DNA of 64,000 nucleotides from IMG/VR virus record IMGVR_UViG_2830161386_000001, positions 64,001-128,000 of that record; one strand, given 5' to 3'. The translations under genes were made by a program, and so were the position numbers. Under the pieces are notes generated by a model that saw only the letters and a list, made by a program, of their open reading frames with translations, searched no databases and had not been told where the DNA came from. This document shows, piece after piece, positions 1 to 10,294 of the stretch; positions within the stretch are counted from its first letter, which is position 1; the number at the start of each line of letters is the position of its first letter. Source of the DNA: a virus. Lineage: Duplodnaviria > Caudoviricetes.

Positions 1-557
1 TCCTGCTCGTCGTAGGTGGGCGGGTCGCTGTAAAACTCCCCGATCCAGTGCACGCCGTTGTCGTACAGAAGCGTGGGCTCGCCGTCAATCTCTTCTTCGT
101 GGGCCAGTCCTACTTCCTTCATTGCGCCGTTGAAGTCCGCCTGGGTGCTGGCTTTGACCCAGACGGTCTGGTAGTCCGGAAGGGCTCCGGGGCCGGGCGT
201 GTTGTCCTCCAGAGTAACTTCATGGGTCCGCTCTACCTCTTCTCCACTGGAATCGAGCCACTTCCGCGTAACCGTGTACCCTTCCTTGTGCTTCGTGGAC
301 CACGTGTCGATGCGGATCGCCTGGGTCCAGTTCTTGTCCAGGTCCAGACCAAACTCCGGCAACGCTTCGCTCCAGGGAAGCCCCTGATCGGAGGGCGCCT
401 CGTTCCAGTTGTCCGCGGCCGCTTCGGTTCCGCCCTGGGGCAAGTCCCCGTGGGAAATGATTCCCTGCCACGCCCGGCCATACTCCTCAAAATAGGAGCG
501 TTGGCCTTGCTTGATGGCGTCGAAGTGATTTTGGAAGCGGTCGTCTTGAATTGCCAT
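1..557 (-). CDS. Partial hypothetical virion/fiber-associated protein (runs off the window edge)
   Basis: Not in the ORF track. Translated by hand from ATG at 557 (MAIQDDRFQNHFDAIKQGQRSYFEEYG...), open to position 1 and acidic. Its segment TVWVKASTQADFNGAMKEVGLAHE resembles ILLTKTPDFQTFKQDMLDAGLAKE in 5371..5826. Confidence 0.7.
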   Translation of the reverse strand, partial: MAIQDDRFQNHFDAIKQGQRSYFEEYGRAWQGIISHGDLPQGGTEAAADNWNEAPSDQGLPWSEALPEFGLDLDKNWTQAIRIDTWSTKHKEGYTVTRKWLDSSGEEVERTHEVTLEDNTPGPGALPDYQTVWVKASTQADFNGAMKEVGLAHEEEIDGEPTLLYDNGVHWIGEFYSDPPTYDEQ

Positions 558-598
558 AGTAAGTTGAACTTTGTACCGCGCTCAGCGAGCGCAGGAGA

Positions 599-2845
599 TT
601 ACACGCTAGAGGTAATCACGTCATTCCACGAGAAGCCGTTGCCGCTGTTGTACGGATCAGCAGACGGCCACTGGAGGGATTCACCCTTGGAGGGGTCTGC
701 ATACTCAACAACAATTTGATGCACGACAACGTCACCGGGGTCCTCCCCCTTCCCGATGCAAAATCGTTGGCCCGTATCGAGCATGCTGTCATTTGTCGTT
801 TGGGTGTTCGCACTGCCCCCATCAAGCCGAGCGTGCATCTCCTTGTTGCTGTTCGTAAACCACCCTTCAATGAACACAGTCTCTCCTGTCGAAAAAATTG
901 AAGGGGCTACAGCTGCTCTTTGGGCACCAGCATCGTGCTTTAGAAAAATTACATCACCAGTATCGCTCGTTCGAAGGCCCCAGCCGCTCTCCTCGAAGCT
1001 CGACTTCTGGACGATATTTACTCTGGCAAACGTATTCACCGTAATCCAGGCAGCAGCGTACACATCTCTGCCTTCGTGCGAGGGAAACGGCTCCCTAGCG
1101 TGCTCCTCGCTATTCGCCCCGAGATACTGGCCGCTCTGCAACCCAAACTTCGAATCACTCGTAGACGCCTGTACGCTATTCACGTCCCCAAACTCGTCGG
1201 CCCACGTCCCCCGAACCCGATTCGGCAGCGGCTCTCCCGCCGACCAGTTGTTGTAGTCCACGAACACCTCCAGGTTGCGGAGGAGTTTCGGCTTCTGTTC
1301 GAGGTGGTTCTTCTGGCTGGTGGAGAGGGGCGCGGGATGGGCGGCGATGCGGCGGATGCCGAAGGACGCGCCATTGACATTGACATTACTTCCCATATCG
1401 GGTATAACCTGCAACTCTTCTATTTCTTCGTTATTTGGCCCCTGAACATCCGTATTGTCTGCAACCCTGTAAACGCCATCCTCATCTGTGTCTACTCCGT
1501 TTACTTTTACTCCAGTAAAGTAGCCAGTAAGACCTGATTCTTGTCCAGTATTATCCGAGGGACCGAGATTGAGATTGGCTTTATAATACACGCCCCCTTG
1601 ACTATTATCATACTCTCCGGCAGCATACTGACTGACTTCAAACATCCCCCCACTCGTCACCCCGGTCGGCCAGTCCACCGGCATCCCGTTGATCTCGTCA
1701 GCGGCGCGGGTGCGAGTACCCACGGAGTAGTCCGGCGGCCCGGTGAAGATCGGGTGGGCGCGGTAGACCTCATCGGCGTAGCCGTTGCCGTCCTCGGCGG
1801 CGGGGCCGTGGCGGATCATCGTTACGCCATCAATAATGATAGAGCCAGTTGCGGACGGCTCGTCAACATTATCAACGGTGGTCGCCCAAGCTGGCGATAT
1901 CTGAATTTGTGAGTTACTGCTACCTGAATTATCGTTGTTTACAGTAACAAGAACCCACCACCACCCAGGTGTCGAAATAATCTCGACGGCACCGGCGTCC
2001 TTCTTCTGTATATAATCGCCAGTTACAGGATCAAATACTATTGATGCTTCAAGAGTGCTTCCATTTCCAAAAATGGACCCCCGAACCTCAACTGTCGCAT
2101 TAGTTGAGGACGCCTTTTTTATGAAGGCTATATAGGTGACACCGTTGTTGTCATCGGGGACAGTAGTGTTAAATATTGCACTTCCTGCATTATTGGAGTC
2201 GGCGTCTTCTAGCTCCGACGCTGCGCTTTGTCCGTCTATGCCTGTTTTGGACGTAGAGGGTACTGTTACATTGCTAAGATTCCATCCACTAGATGACAGA
2301 TCCCGCCCCGCGTCAACGAGATTCGTATGCTCCTTCTCGAACCACCCCATGCGCTGTCCCGTCACCGGGTCGTGATGGATCGCCACCTCGCCCGCAGGCA
2401 CTTCTTTCCAGTTCCCGTCTGCGCCAAGCACGGTCGCCTTCGAGGTGCGCGTGTGGTGGTCCTTTACCTTCTGCGGCACGACGCCCTCCCTGAAATCCAA
2501 ATCAAACGACGGGTTGATCTTCAGCCCGTCCTGGTCGGTCAGGCCGCACTCGTCCCAGATGTCGTCATTCAAGAGTTCGACCTGCTGGACGTTGCCCCCA
2601 TTTGCTGACAGGTCCACCGAGCGCCAGGGCTCGGGGAGGACCACTTCGGTTTTGGTGTTGGAGACGGGCGTGGTGTTCCCGTTGTAATTGGTGTACGCCG
2701 TGAGGTCGTACTCGCCGGGGCGAACGAGGGCGTTGGCCCACCGAGCATGGACCTCTTGCGAGGCGCTGGGTTGATCGGAATGGTCGGACAGAGGGCGCTC
2801 CGTGCCGCCGGGGCGCTTTGCTTTTACGTTGGTGGTCTTAGACAT
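599..2845 (-). CDS. Phage spike/fiber (receptor-binding) protein with C-terminal LamG/concanavalin-like domain
   Basis: Signature HTRTSKATV...HHDPVTG...EKEHTNL plus PIFTG...TRAADE, typical of phage head-spike/fiber modules. Beta-rich C-terminus (VYAAAWI...WGLRT...MHARLDG). Confidence 0.65.
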   Translation of the reverse strand: MSKTTNVKAKRPGGTERPLSDHSDQPSASQEVHARWANALVRPGEYDLTAYTNYNGNTTPVSNTKTEVVLPEPWRSVDLSANGGNVQQVELLNDDIWDECGLTDQDGLKINPSFDLDFREGVVPQKVKDHHTRTSKATVLGADGNWKEVPAGEVAIHHDPVTGQRMGWFEKEHTNLVDAGRDLSSSGWNLSNVTVPSTSKTGIDGQSAASELEDADSNNAGSAIFNTTVPDDNNGVTYIAFIKKASSTNATVEVRGSIFGNGSTLEASIVFDPVTGDYIQKKDAGAVEIISTPGWWWVLVTVNNDNSGSSNSQIQISPAWATTVDNVDEPSATGSIIIDGVTMIRHGPAAEDGNGYADEVYRAHPIFTGPPDYSVGTRTRAADEINGMPVDWPTGVTSGGMFEVSQYAAGEYDNSQGGVYYKANLNLGPSDNTGQESGLTGYFTGVKVNGVDTDEDGVYRVADNTDVQGPNNEEIEELQVIPDMGSNVNVNGASFGIRRIAAHPAPLSTSQKNHLEQKPKLLRNLEVFVDYNNWSAGEPLPNRVRGTWADEFGDVNSVQASTSDSKFGLQSGQYLGANSEEHAREPFPSHEGRDVYAAAWITVNTFARVNIVQKSSFEESGWGLRTSDTGDVIFLKHDAGAQRAAVAPSIFSTGETVFIEGWFTNSNKEMHARLDGGSANTQTTNDSMLDTGQRFCIGKGEDPGDVVVHQIVVEYADPSKGESLQWPSADPYNSGNGFSWNDVITSSV

Positions 2846-2865
2846 AAGGGGTTCCTAATTCTTGG

Positions 2866-5313
2866 TTACGCCCGAACGTAGGCGCTGAGGTTGATGCCGT
2901 TGGAATCGGTGAGGGTGATTTCGGGGGCGTCGGGGGTGGTTATAGTGTTGAGGGTGGATTCTGTGAGGGTACGAGGAACATAAAAGAGCTTCACTAGCTC
3001 ATAAGAGCTTGATCCGCCTGTAAGCCGTATATTTCCCTTCTTTACAAATGCGTCACTTACAGATGCGGTACTGCTTTTGCCATTAGATGAAAGTATAACA
3101 GAGCTTTCATCAAATGAAATTCCAAAAAGCTCTCTTTGAAATGGTCTAATATTATCAAGGGGATAATCTGGCGTTCCACTTTCGCCACTGTCATAAACTC
3201 GGGGATCGTGCGACTGTCCAAAATCTAAGTATCTGGTTCCGTTTGAACTATTTTCTATAAAAGAATCATTGTCTAATGTGATGAATTGCGTCATCACAAC
3301 ATCAAACAAAAGCGTACCTTCGCTTGTATTCCACCAATCCCCCATAGGAATCGAGTAGTCATCCCACGCCCGTGTCACAGATGATGCGTCGGTTATTATA
3401 GGACTCCCGCCCGGTGGGCCTTCGCTGAACCCTGTATAGTGATGAATGCACCCGTTCCCGGCTCCATCGGCATCGGGCCAAATCTCCAAGTCCAACTGAG
3501 CGCCATCCACGTTAAAAGACTCGTTCCCGTCCCACCAGGCGAAAATCTCCACTAGAGTGCCCCCGTTGGGACCGTCAGCAGAAAGAATACGAGACTCCAG
3601 CTGACCTGACGGAATAACGCCGTTTGAGAGATCGTAGCTCCCCCAATCATATTTTAGAATGTCTGACGTATTTCCATCCGTCTCAACTCTGATAAGTGAC
3701 GCACTCGCAGGAGACGAAGATTTTTCAAGGATAAAATGAGCATGCTCAAGCCCTCCTGAGTGTTGCTGGAAGTTCCATTCCGGCCCCTCCGCATCATCCG
3801 TTGCCTCAATCAAATGAGCCGTCTCCCCCTTAACGATTGACGTTCTATCGGCAATGTTGGAAAGCTCCCCTGCTCCATTTTTAACAGATGCATCGCAGCT
3901 TTGGCTAACTTGGTTCGTTTTCCCGTCCGCCTCCACCTGAAGCCCATTCGGATTTCCGTCCGGCCCGTAGTCCAACCGAGCAACATCCGCCCCCTCGCTC
4001 ACGAACTTGCTTCCGTCAAACCGCCGCGCACTTGAGGAGCGGTTCCACGCGCTTCGGATTTTGGCGGGGATCGTGCCGTGCTTCGCGATGTCCCACTGGT
4101 AGGGCGGCGGGTCAATTCCGTTGTCGTCCCACAGCTGGTCGGAATTGAGGTCCGAGATGGTCTCCCCGTCGAGTTCGAGCCACGGCTGGGGGCGGCCGTT
4201 TCTCAGGCTCTCTTTCTCCGATTGCGTGCGCTCGCCTTCCCACACGTCAAGGTTGTAGATGCGGTAGATTGCGCCCTCGCCAGTAGTGTCTTTGTGGGGT
4301 TTGATGACGAAGGTGTCCACATCCGACGTGGTGGAGTTCCCCTGGATGTCCGAGTCGGAGGTATTGATGACCTCGTCGATGATGCCATCCGCGCTTACGC
4401 CCATCACGCCCGCAGACGGTCGCAAAAGCCCATTCCCGGCGCTTCCTTCGTTGCCGGAGGTGGTGAGGTTGATGGCCGCGTTGGTGATGTTGCCGCCCTC
4501 GCCCGGGCCGTAGCCCGCCGCTTCTTGCCCCACGCGGAAGTAGACGCTCTTTGCGCCGGAGGCGAGGGGGGCGGTTAGGCTAGAGACCTCGTCGTTAGAG
4601 CGGGTGACTGTGGAGGAGCCTGTTACGATTGGCGAGGTGGAGAAAGGGGCTTCTTCGACTTGGGTATGGTGTATTACTACTGAATCATTATTTTCATCTA
4701 TATCTAAAAATACGACCAAATTACGAGAGTTACCGGAACGATCTGTGCCATCTTGGTCAGTTGGATCATAACGTACAACAATTTTTACAAGGTCCTGCCC
4801 ATCAAATGAAAATCTTTGATGGTGTGTTGATAGCTCTGCACCGATACTGTCACTAAACGACTCATCTTCAGCCCACAAATAATCAACCCCTGCAACATTG
4901 CCACCTTGATTTCCGTCTCCCAGACGAAAACGAACATGATTGGCCGTCCCTCTTTCTAATATAGCGTAAGCGACTTCTATATTATTTGTGTAAGTTCCTG
5001 CTGAATCTTGTGTAGCTCTTGCTCCTGGACTATTATTCTGCGCCGTAAACTCATACGCAGTCTTGTTAGGAATAACAGAGGTTTTCGTGTCAGATTCGAC
5101 AGCGTCAGTCTGAACGACATAATCATTTGACCAAGCACTACTTCGCCCACATTCATTCGTCCGCTGCGGCTCGGCCAAGATGTAGCGGTCCCCCGTCTCC
5201 GGGTCAATCGCTTCGCGGGGTTCTCCGGCTTGGGCCTTGGCATACTTTTCCCCGTCCCAGTAGTAGCCGACGGTGCTTCGGGTCCACTGATCACGAAGTG
5301 CTTGTGGTATCAT
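2866..5313 (-). CDS. Phage spike/fiber protein with two tandem spike-fiber modules
   Basis: Two copies of the R-S-S/T...E(PQ/AD)..TN ... SPI(V/I)T...TR(S/A)xD module. Paralogous to 599..2845. Confidence 0.65.
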   Translation of the reverse strand: MIPQALRDQWTRSTVGYYWDGEKYAKAQAGEPREAIDPETGDRYILAEPQRTNECGRSSAWSNDYVVQTDAVESDTKTSVIPNKTAYEFTAQNNSPGARATQDSAGTYTNNIEVAYAILERGTANHVRFRLGDGNQGGNVAGVDYLWAEDESFSDSIGAELSTHHQRFSFDGQDLVKIVVRYDPTDQDGTDRSGNSRNLVVFLDIDENNDSVVIHHTQVEEAPFSTSPIVTGSSTVTRSNDEVSSLTAPLASGAKSVYFRVGQEAAGYGPGEGGNITNAAINLTTSGNEGSAGNGLLRPSAGVMGVSADGIIDEVINTSDSDIQGNSTTSDVDTFVIKPHKDTTGEGAIYRIYNLDVWEGERTQSEKESLRNGRPQPWLELDGETISDLNSDQLWDDNGIDPPPYQWDIAKHGTIPAKIRSAWNRSSSARRFDGSKFVSEGADVARLDYGPDGNPNGLQVEADGKTNQVSQSCDASVKNGAGELSNIADRTSIVKGETAHLIEATDDAEGPEWNFQQHSGGLEHAHFILEKSSSPASASLIRVETDGNTSDILKYDWGSYDLSNGVIPSGQLESRILSADGPNGGTLVEIFAWWDGNESFNVDGAQLDLEIWPDADGAGNGCIHHYTGFSEGPPGGSPIITDASSVTRAWDDYSIPMGDWWNTSEGTLLFDVVMTQFITLDNDSFIENSSNGTRYLDFGQSHDPRVYDSGESGTPDYPLDNIRPFQRELFGISFDESSVILSSNGKSSTASVSDAFVKKGNIRLTGGSSSYELVKLFYVPRTLTESTLNTITTPDAPEITLTDSNGINLSAYVRA

Positions 5314-5370
5314 TGTGTGTCGGTCCTAAAATTTGCCCTCTCAGGCGGTTAGCTCAATCGCTTTTTCTCG

Positions 5371-5826
5371 TTACGGCTGGGCGATATCAATATCGTATCC
5401 GGCCCACCCGCTCGTCAGATTGGCGGGGGCTTTTTGGTCTTGGGTATTGTCCCAGATGATCTCGCTCCCGCCAACGGTAAACCCTGTTTTGAGGTTGGCC
5501 ACGTCGATCGTGTCTCCTTCCCCTGTGAACGACACGTAGTCGCTGCTCTGAACGGCCCGAGCAGTGAGCAAGCTCAGCACATACACGTAGCTTGCCTTCT
5601 GGGCGTCATTTGTGATGTTGCCGTCCTCATCGCGCTCGGGAAGCGTGGGGTCGCCGTTCGAATCGACCCAGACGGTTCGCTGGAGGGTGTGGGTGCCAAC
5701 TGGTTGTATTTTTGTGCCGCCCTCCAGGTCGTTTGCCGGGACCTCTTTAGCTAGCCCAGCATCGAGCATGTCCTGTTTGAACGTTTGAAAGTCGGGCGTT
5801 TTCGTAAGGAGAATTTTGGCGTTCAT
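5371..5826 (-). CDS. Small fiber-associated protein (possible fiber chaperone)
   Basis: Directly upstream of the fiber gene, acidic, and similar to part of the ORF at 1..557. Function inferred from context only. Confidence 0.5.
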   Translation of the reverse strand: MNAKILLTKTPDFQTFKQDMLDAGLAKEVPANDLEGGTKIQPVGTHTLQRTVWVDSNGDPTLPERDEDGNITNDAQKASYVYVLSLLTARAVQSSDYVSFTGEGDTIDVANLKTGFTVGGSEIIWDNTQDQKAPANLTSGWAGYDIDIAQP

Positions 5827-5828
5827 GG

Positions 5829-6038
5829 TTAGTCGTTTGCGTACCTTTCGTTGTGGATCAGTCGAAAATCGGGAGGGTTGCCCCTTCCGTTTGCATCGGT
5901 TAATCCGATGGCCCTGTAAAGCTCACGGTCTACCAGCTCAGACGGCACTCTTTTGTCTTCCGAGCCCCACGGAATTGGCAAGAACCCGCTATCTACGCGA
6001 GAAGCAATTTGAACAATGGCATCTCTTGTGCTGCTCAT
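5829..6038 (-). CDS. Hypothetical protein (69 aa)
   Basis: Fills the gap in a tightly packed minus-strand operon, with an A-rich region upstream. Confidence 0.55.
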   Translation of the reverse strand: MSSTRDAIVQIASRVDSGFLPIPWGSEDKRVPSELVDRELYRAIGLTDANGRGNPPDFRLIHNERYAND

Positions 6039-6051
6039 TGAGTTTTGTATT

Positions 6052-9000
6052 TTAATTAACGTACGTGTATTCGATGTCGTACTGATAACTTTCGTCTCCT
6101 GCCGACGTTTTTATTCCGACGTCAACCCGCCATTCACGGCCGAGAAGCTCTCCGGCTCGTTTGTTTGAGCTGTCTGACAAAGAGGGGTGCACTTGAAGCG
6201 TCGACAATCCCGATGCGGTAAGCGCCCCGGTTGATATGACGTTTTGAACAACCCCACCGGGCGTTTTTCGCTGAATTCGAGCAGTAAGCTCCGGAGACGT
6301 GCCGCCAATGTTGTTCACATTCACAAAAACCATTACTCCCTTGTACGCTCCAGAGGTTTGTGTGTCTGTTGTGCGCGCAGAGGTCGCATCGGTAATCAGT
6401 ATTCCCTTTTCGTTGACGCTCTGCTGCGCAAGGGCAGACTCATAGATCGCGTCAACAATATCTTGTTGGGTTGCCCCGCCTCGAATACCCGGGTCCGTGG
6501 CCGGCTGGATTTGGGTGCCCTGCGGGTCCTCGATGCCGACCGGAGACTGCTGCTCAGTCGGCACCGTGGCGCCAGAGACGTCGAGCGGCTCGGCGCTCGC
6601 GGCGGCCAGATCCACGTCCAAATTGTCGGACAGGGAGTCCTGGGAGAGCTCGACGCTGACGTTTTGCAGGCTTTGGCTGTTGAGGTCGACGTCGATCTCC
6701 GCCGCGCTCGCGTCGAGCGGATTCGGGGACGTGACCCGGACTTCGTCGGTGCCATTGGAAGCCAGAGCGTCGTCTAGCGCCTCGGCCGCCGCCTTGATCG
6801 CGGTTACTGTCTGCTCGGTGGCGGGGTCGATATTTGCGCCCCCACTTGTCTCAAGTTGAACGGGGCTTTGCTGCTCGGTCGGCACCGTGGCTCCGGACAC
6901 GTCTAAGGCGCCGCTTGTCTGCTCGGCGATATCGACGTCGAGGCCGCTTGTGAGGCTGTCTGCGGCCAGCTCGACGGTTAGGTTCGGGCCGGACTGCCCC
7001 GCGATGTCAACGTCGATGTTACCGCTCAGAAGGTCCGACGCCAGCGCCACGCGCAGCTCGTCGTCGGCCTGCCCGCTTGTCAACGCGTCGACCAGCGCCG
7101 TAACGCGTTCGATTAGCGTGGCGGAAACGCCCGAGTCTGCCTGTTCAGAAGCAGTAGACTCATCACCAATCGCCGCCTCCACGGCGCTTACGTCCCCGGA
7201 GGTCGCCGGATCGATGTTCGTTCCCGAGGAGTCCTCGACCTGCACCGGCGTCTGCTGCTCGACCGCCAGGGTTCCGGCGGACACCTCCGAGAGGTCCACG
7301 TCCAGGTTTGCCCCAAGCGAGTCGTTGGTCAGGGAGACGCTAATTTCCCCGTCTTGGCCCGCCAGGTGCGCCCGGACCGCGTCGCCGGTGCGCCCGACCT
7401 CTCCGTAGGAGGTGCCGTCAGTCGCCTGCAAGACCGTTGCCACCCGCGAGAGCGACTGGGAATTCAGGTTGATGTCCAGCTCCGCCTGGCTTACGTCCAG
7501 GGGCTGGTCTCCGGCGGAAAGAGGGTCGATGGTATTCCCCGCCCCGTCTTCCAGTTTGACTGGGCTTTGCTGCTCGACCTGAAGCGTTCCGTTGGAGTTG
7601 GCCGCAATGTCAACGTCTAAGGCTCCGGCGAGCGAGTCGCTCGATAGGTTGACGTTGACCGACCCGCTCTGCCCGTTTAGGTTCACGTCCAGGTTGCCGG
7701 ACAAGAGGTCGCTCGCCAGGGCCACCCGAATCTCGTCGTCTGCCTGCCCGGACTGCAAGGCGTCGACCAGCGCGGTCACCCGCTGGATCAGCGTGGCCGC
7801 AAGGCTGGAATCGGCCTGTTGGGCGGGGGTGGTTTCGTCTCCGATGGCCGCCTCCACGGCGCTTACGGCCGCTTCGGTCGCCGGGTTGATCGCCGCGCCC
7901 CCGGAGTCTTCAAGCTTAATGGGGCTTTGCTGCTCGGTTGGAACGGTGGCCCCGGACACATCAATCGGCTCGGCGCTTGCCTCCGCGAGGTCTACGTCCA
8001 GGTTTCCAGTAAGAGAGTCTTGCGCCAGGTCGACGCTTAGGTTCGAAAGGCTCTGGCTGTTTAGGTCCACGTCGATCTCCGCCGCGCTCGCGTCTATCGG
8101 CGAGGGGGTGGAGACCTGGAGGGTGTCGGTGCCGTTCGACGCCAGGGCGTCGTCTAGGGCTTCTGCGGCCGTCTTAATCGCAGAAACGGTTTGTTCGGTC
8201 GCCGGGTCGATGTTGGTTCCGGTGCTCGATTCGAGCTGGACCGGCGTCTGCTGCTCGGTTGGGACCGTGGCGCCGGATACGTCCAGCGGCTCGGCGCTCG
8301 CTTCCGCGAGGTCCACGTCGAGATTGGCCGTCAGGCTGTCGCTCGCGAGCTGAACGGCGACTTGGCTGTCCTGCCCGCCGATGTTGACGTCGAGATTGCC
8401 GCTCAAGATGTCTTGGGCGAGGGACACCCGCACCGCGTCGTCCGCCTGGCCGGACGTGAGCGCGTCGGTCAGGGCGGTTACCCGCTCGATCAGGGTCGCC
8501 GCGATGGTGGAGTCCGGCTCTTGGGCGGCGGTGGTCTCGTCTCCGACGGCGCTTTCGAGAGACTGCACGTCGCTTGAGGTCGCGACGTCGGAGTTGTTGT
8601 TCGTGAGGTCGACCCGGAGCTGGTCGTCTGCTTGTCCGGTGGTAAGCGCGTCCGTCAGGGCGGAGAGGCGCTCGATCACCGTCGCTGCGGTGGCAGAATC
8701 CGGGTTTTCGGAGGCCGTTGTGTCGTCTCCGATCGTGGCCTCCAGTGCTGCGATATCCCCGGTCGTGGCGACGTCGGAGTTGTTGTTCGTAAGGTCCACG
8801 CGGATCTGGTCGTCGGCCTGCCCTTCCTGAAGGGCATCGACCAAGGCGGAGAGGCGCTCGATTACGGTCGCGGCCACGGAGGAGTCCGCCTCCTCGGACG
8901 CGGCGCCCTCGCTTCCGACCGCCGAGTCGTTCACCTCCAGCTGCGTCGTGAGGGAGTCCTCAATCAGCTCGACGCGGATCTCGTCGCTGGCCTGCCCGCT

Positions 9001-9414
9001 CGCCAAGGCATCAACCAAAGCAGAGAGGCGCTCGATTGTCGTGGCCGCGACGGAGGAGTCCGCTTCCTGCGAAGAGGTATTTTTGTCCCGCAGCACCGAG
9101 GTCAAGGTGCCGAGGTCCCCGGTCGTGGCCAGGTTCGCGTTGTTGTTGGTGAGGTCGACGCGGATCTGGTCGTCGGCCTGGCCCTCCTGCAAGGCGTCGA
9201 CCAGGGCCGTGAGCCGCTCTAGCACCGTCGCGGCAACCAAAGAGTCCGGCTGCTCCGACGCGGTGGTCTCGTCCCCGATGGCCTGCTCAATGGCAACGGC
9301 CTGATCGACAATGTCCTGAAGCGTCGCCCCTCCGCCCTCGGCGGGGTCGTCGCTGTCGTGAATGACGATGGCCTCGTTTGAGGCGTCGAGGGCATCGACC
9401 TGTTGAACTGACAT
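6052..9414 (-). CDS. Highly repetitive acidic structural/fiber-like protein
   Basis: Seven copies of ...DSxxAATxIERxxALxDALxxGQAxDxxRV and six of EQQ(T/S)P(V/I)xxE, followed by a distinct, lower-GC beta-rich C-terminal domain. Confidence 0.7.
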   Translation of the reverse strand: MSVQQVDALDASNEAIVIHDSDDPAEGGGATLQDIVDQAVAIEQAIGDETTASEQPDSLVAATVLERLTALVDALQEGQADDQIRVDLTNNNANLATTGDLGTLTSVLRDKNTSSQEADSSVAATTIERLSALVDALASGQASDEIRVELIEDSLTTQLEVNDSAVGSEGAASEEADSSVAATVIERLSALVDALQEGQADDQIRVDLTNNNSDVATTGDIAALEATIGDDTTASENPDSATAATVIERLSALTDALTTGQADDQLRVDLTNNNSDVATSSDVQSLESAVGDETTAAQEPDSTIAATLIERVTALTDALTSGQADDAVRVSLAQDILSGNLDVNIGGQDSQVAVQLASDSLTANLDVDLAEASAEPLDVSGATVPTEQQTPVQLESSTGTNIDPATEQTVSAIKTAAEALDDALASNGTDTLQVSTPSPIDASAAEIDVDLNSQSLSNLSVDLAQDSLTGNLDVDLAEASAEPIDVSGATVPTEQQSPIKLEDSGGAAINPATEAAVSAVEAAIGDETTPAQQADSSLAATLIQRVTALVDALQSGQADDEIRVALASDLLSGNLDVNLNGQSGSVNVNLSSDSLAGALDVDIAANSNGTLQVEQQSPVKLEDGAGNTIDPLSAGDQPLDVSQAELDINLNSQSLSRVATVLQATDGTSYGEVGRTGDAVRAHLAGQDGEISVSLTNDSLGANLDVDLSEVSAGTLAVEQQTPVQVEDSSGTNIDPATSGDVSAVEAAIGDESTASEQADSGVSATLIERVTALVDALTSGQADDELRVALASDLLSGNIDVDIAGQSGPNLTVELAADSLTSGLDVDIAEQTSGALDVSGATVPTEQQSPVQLETSGGANIDPATEQTVTAIKAAAEALDDALASNGTDEVRVTSPNPLDASAAEIDVDLNSQSLQNVSVELSQDSLSDNLDVDLAAASAEPLDVSGATVPTEQQSPVGIEDPQGTQIQPATDPGIRGGATQQDIVDAIYESALAQQSVNEKGILITDATSARTTDTQTSGAYKGVMVFVNVNNIGGTSPELTARIQRKTPGGVVQNVISTGALTASGLSTLQVHPSLSDSSNKRAGELLGREWRVDVGIKTSAGDESYQYDIEYTYVN

Positions 9415-9415
9415 T

Positions 9416-10168
9416 TTACATAGCGGCTATAGTAGCAGAGTTGCTGCCTGCGCTAAAGCGAAACTGCATCTGCACTCCCAAAAAGCTTCCCGCGCTCAAA
9501 AGCCCCAGAATGTCGTCGCGCCCGCCCCCCTCGCCTTTAAACTCGTTCCAGACGTAGACCTGCTGGACGGTCCCGGCGTAGCTGATTTTGTTCGGCGCGT
9601 TGCCGACGTAGATTGTGCCGGTTCGGGTCCGGTCCCCCGCGTGAGGCGCCGAGGCGAGCGTGTCGTCGACTTGAAGCACAAGTTCGCTTTCGCTGCACGC
9701 CACAAAAATGCGGGCCGAGTCCCCGGAGTGCGGCACCGAAAGCGAGGTGTTGGACTCGTAGAGGTCCGCCCGAATCGACCCGTTTTTCTCGCTGATGCCA
9801 ACCCCATCGACGTGTGCAATGGCGTGCTCGTCCGGCCGCGTGTCGGGGTTGGCACGGAGGCCGATGGTCCGCTCCCGGCTTTTCGGAATCGGGTGCTCGT
9901 AGTATTCCCCGTCGCTGTTGAAGCGGAGGCTCGGGCGCCCGTTTTCAAGCACCAGCCCTCCGTTTCGGACCACGTACGGCTTGTTGTCCCCCATTGACTT
10001 CAGGGCGCGGGTGTTGCCGGAGAGGTCTTGCACCTGATTCACGAGCCCGCTGGCCGACTTGTCCAGCTTGGTGACCCACCGGTAAAGCGCCCCGGACGCG
10101 ATCTCATCGGCCGAAAACAGGCGAATCGCCCCGTCGGTCGAGCGCTCCACCTCCACAATTTCTTTCAT
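9416..10168 (-). CDS. Virion protein with LamG/lectin-like fold
   Basis: Likely start MKEIVEV at 10168 (the track starts at 10249). Motifs VNQVQDLSGN, ENGRPSLRFN and IYVGN...YAGTVQQVYVW. Confidence 0.55.
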   Translation of the reverse strand: MKEIVEVERSTDGAIRLFSADEIASGALYRWVTKLDKSASGLVNQVQDLSGNTRALKSMGDNKPYVVRNGGLVLENGRPSLRFNSDGEYYEHPIPKSRERTIGLRANPDTRPDEHAIAHVDGVGISEKNGSIRADLYESNTSLSVPHSGDSARIFVACSESELVLQVDDTLASAPHAGDRTRTGTIYVGNAPNKISYAGTVQQVYVWNEFKGEGGGRDDILGLLSAGSFLGVQMQFRFSAGSNSATIAAM

Positions 10169-10191
10169 AAGCGGGCCGGCTCTTGTCTGAG

Positions 10192-10203
10192 TCCCAGCTG
10201 GGA
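10192..10203. repeat. Palindrome TCCCAGCTGGGA copy 1
   Basis: tgagTCCCAGCTGGGActga; about 24 nt upstream of ATG 10168. Confidence 0.9.
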
Positions 10204-10294
10204 CTGAGGCCTGTTTGGCCCTCTTTTGCGGTTTCGAATCCGATACCAAACTAAAAGGCCCAGCCCGCCTTGTTGTGGAGCGGGCCTTCTGGGT

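Noticed and set aside
599-5313. Diversity-generating retroelement acting on the fiber genes
   Set aside because: There is no reverse transcriptase in the window, and I found no template/variable repeat pair differing only at adenines.
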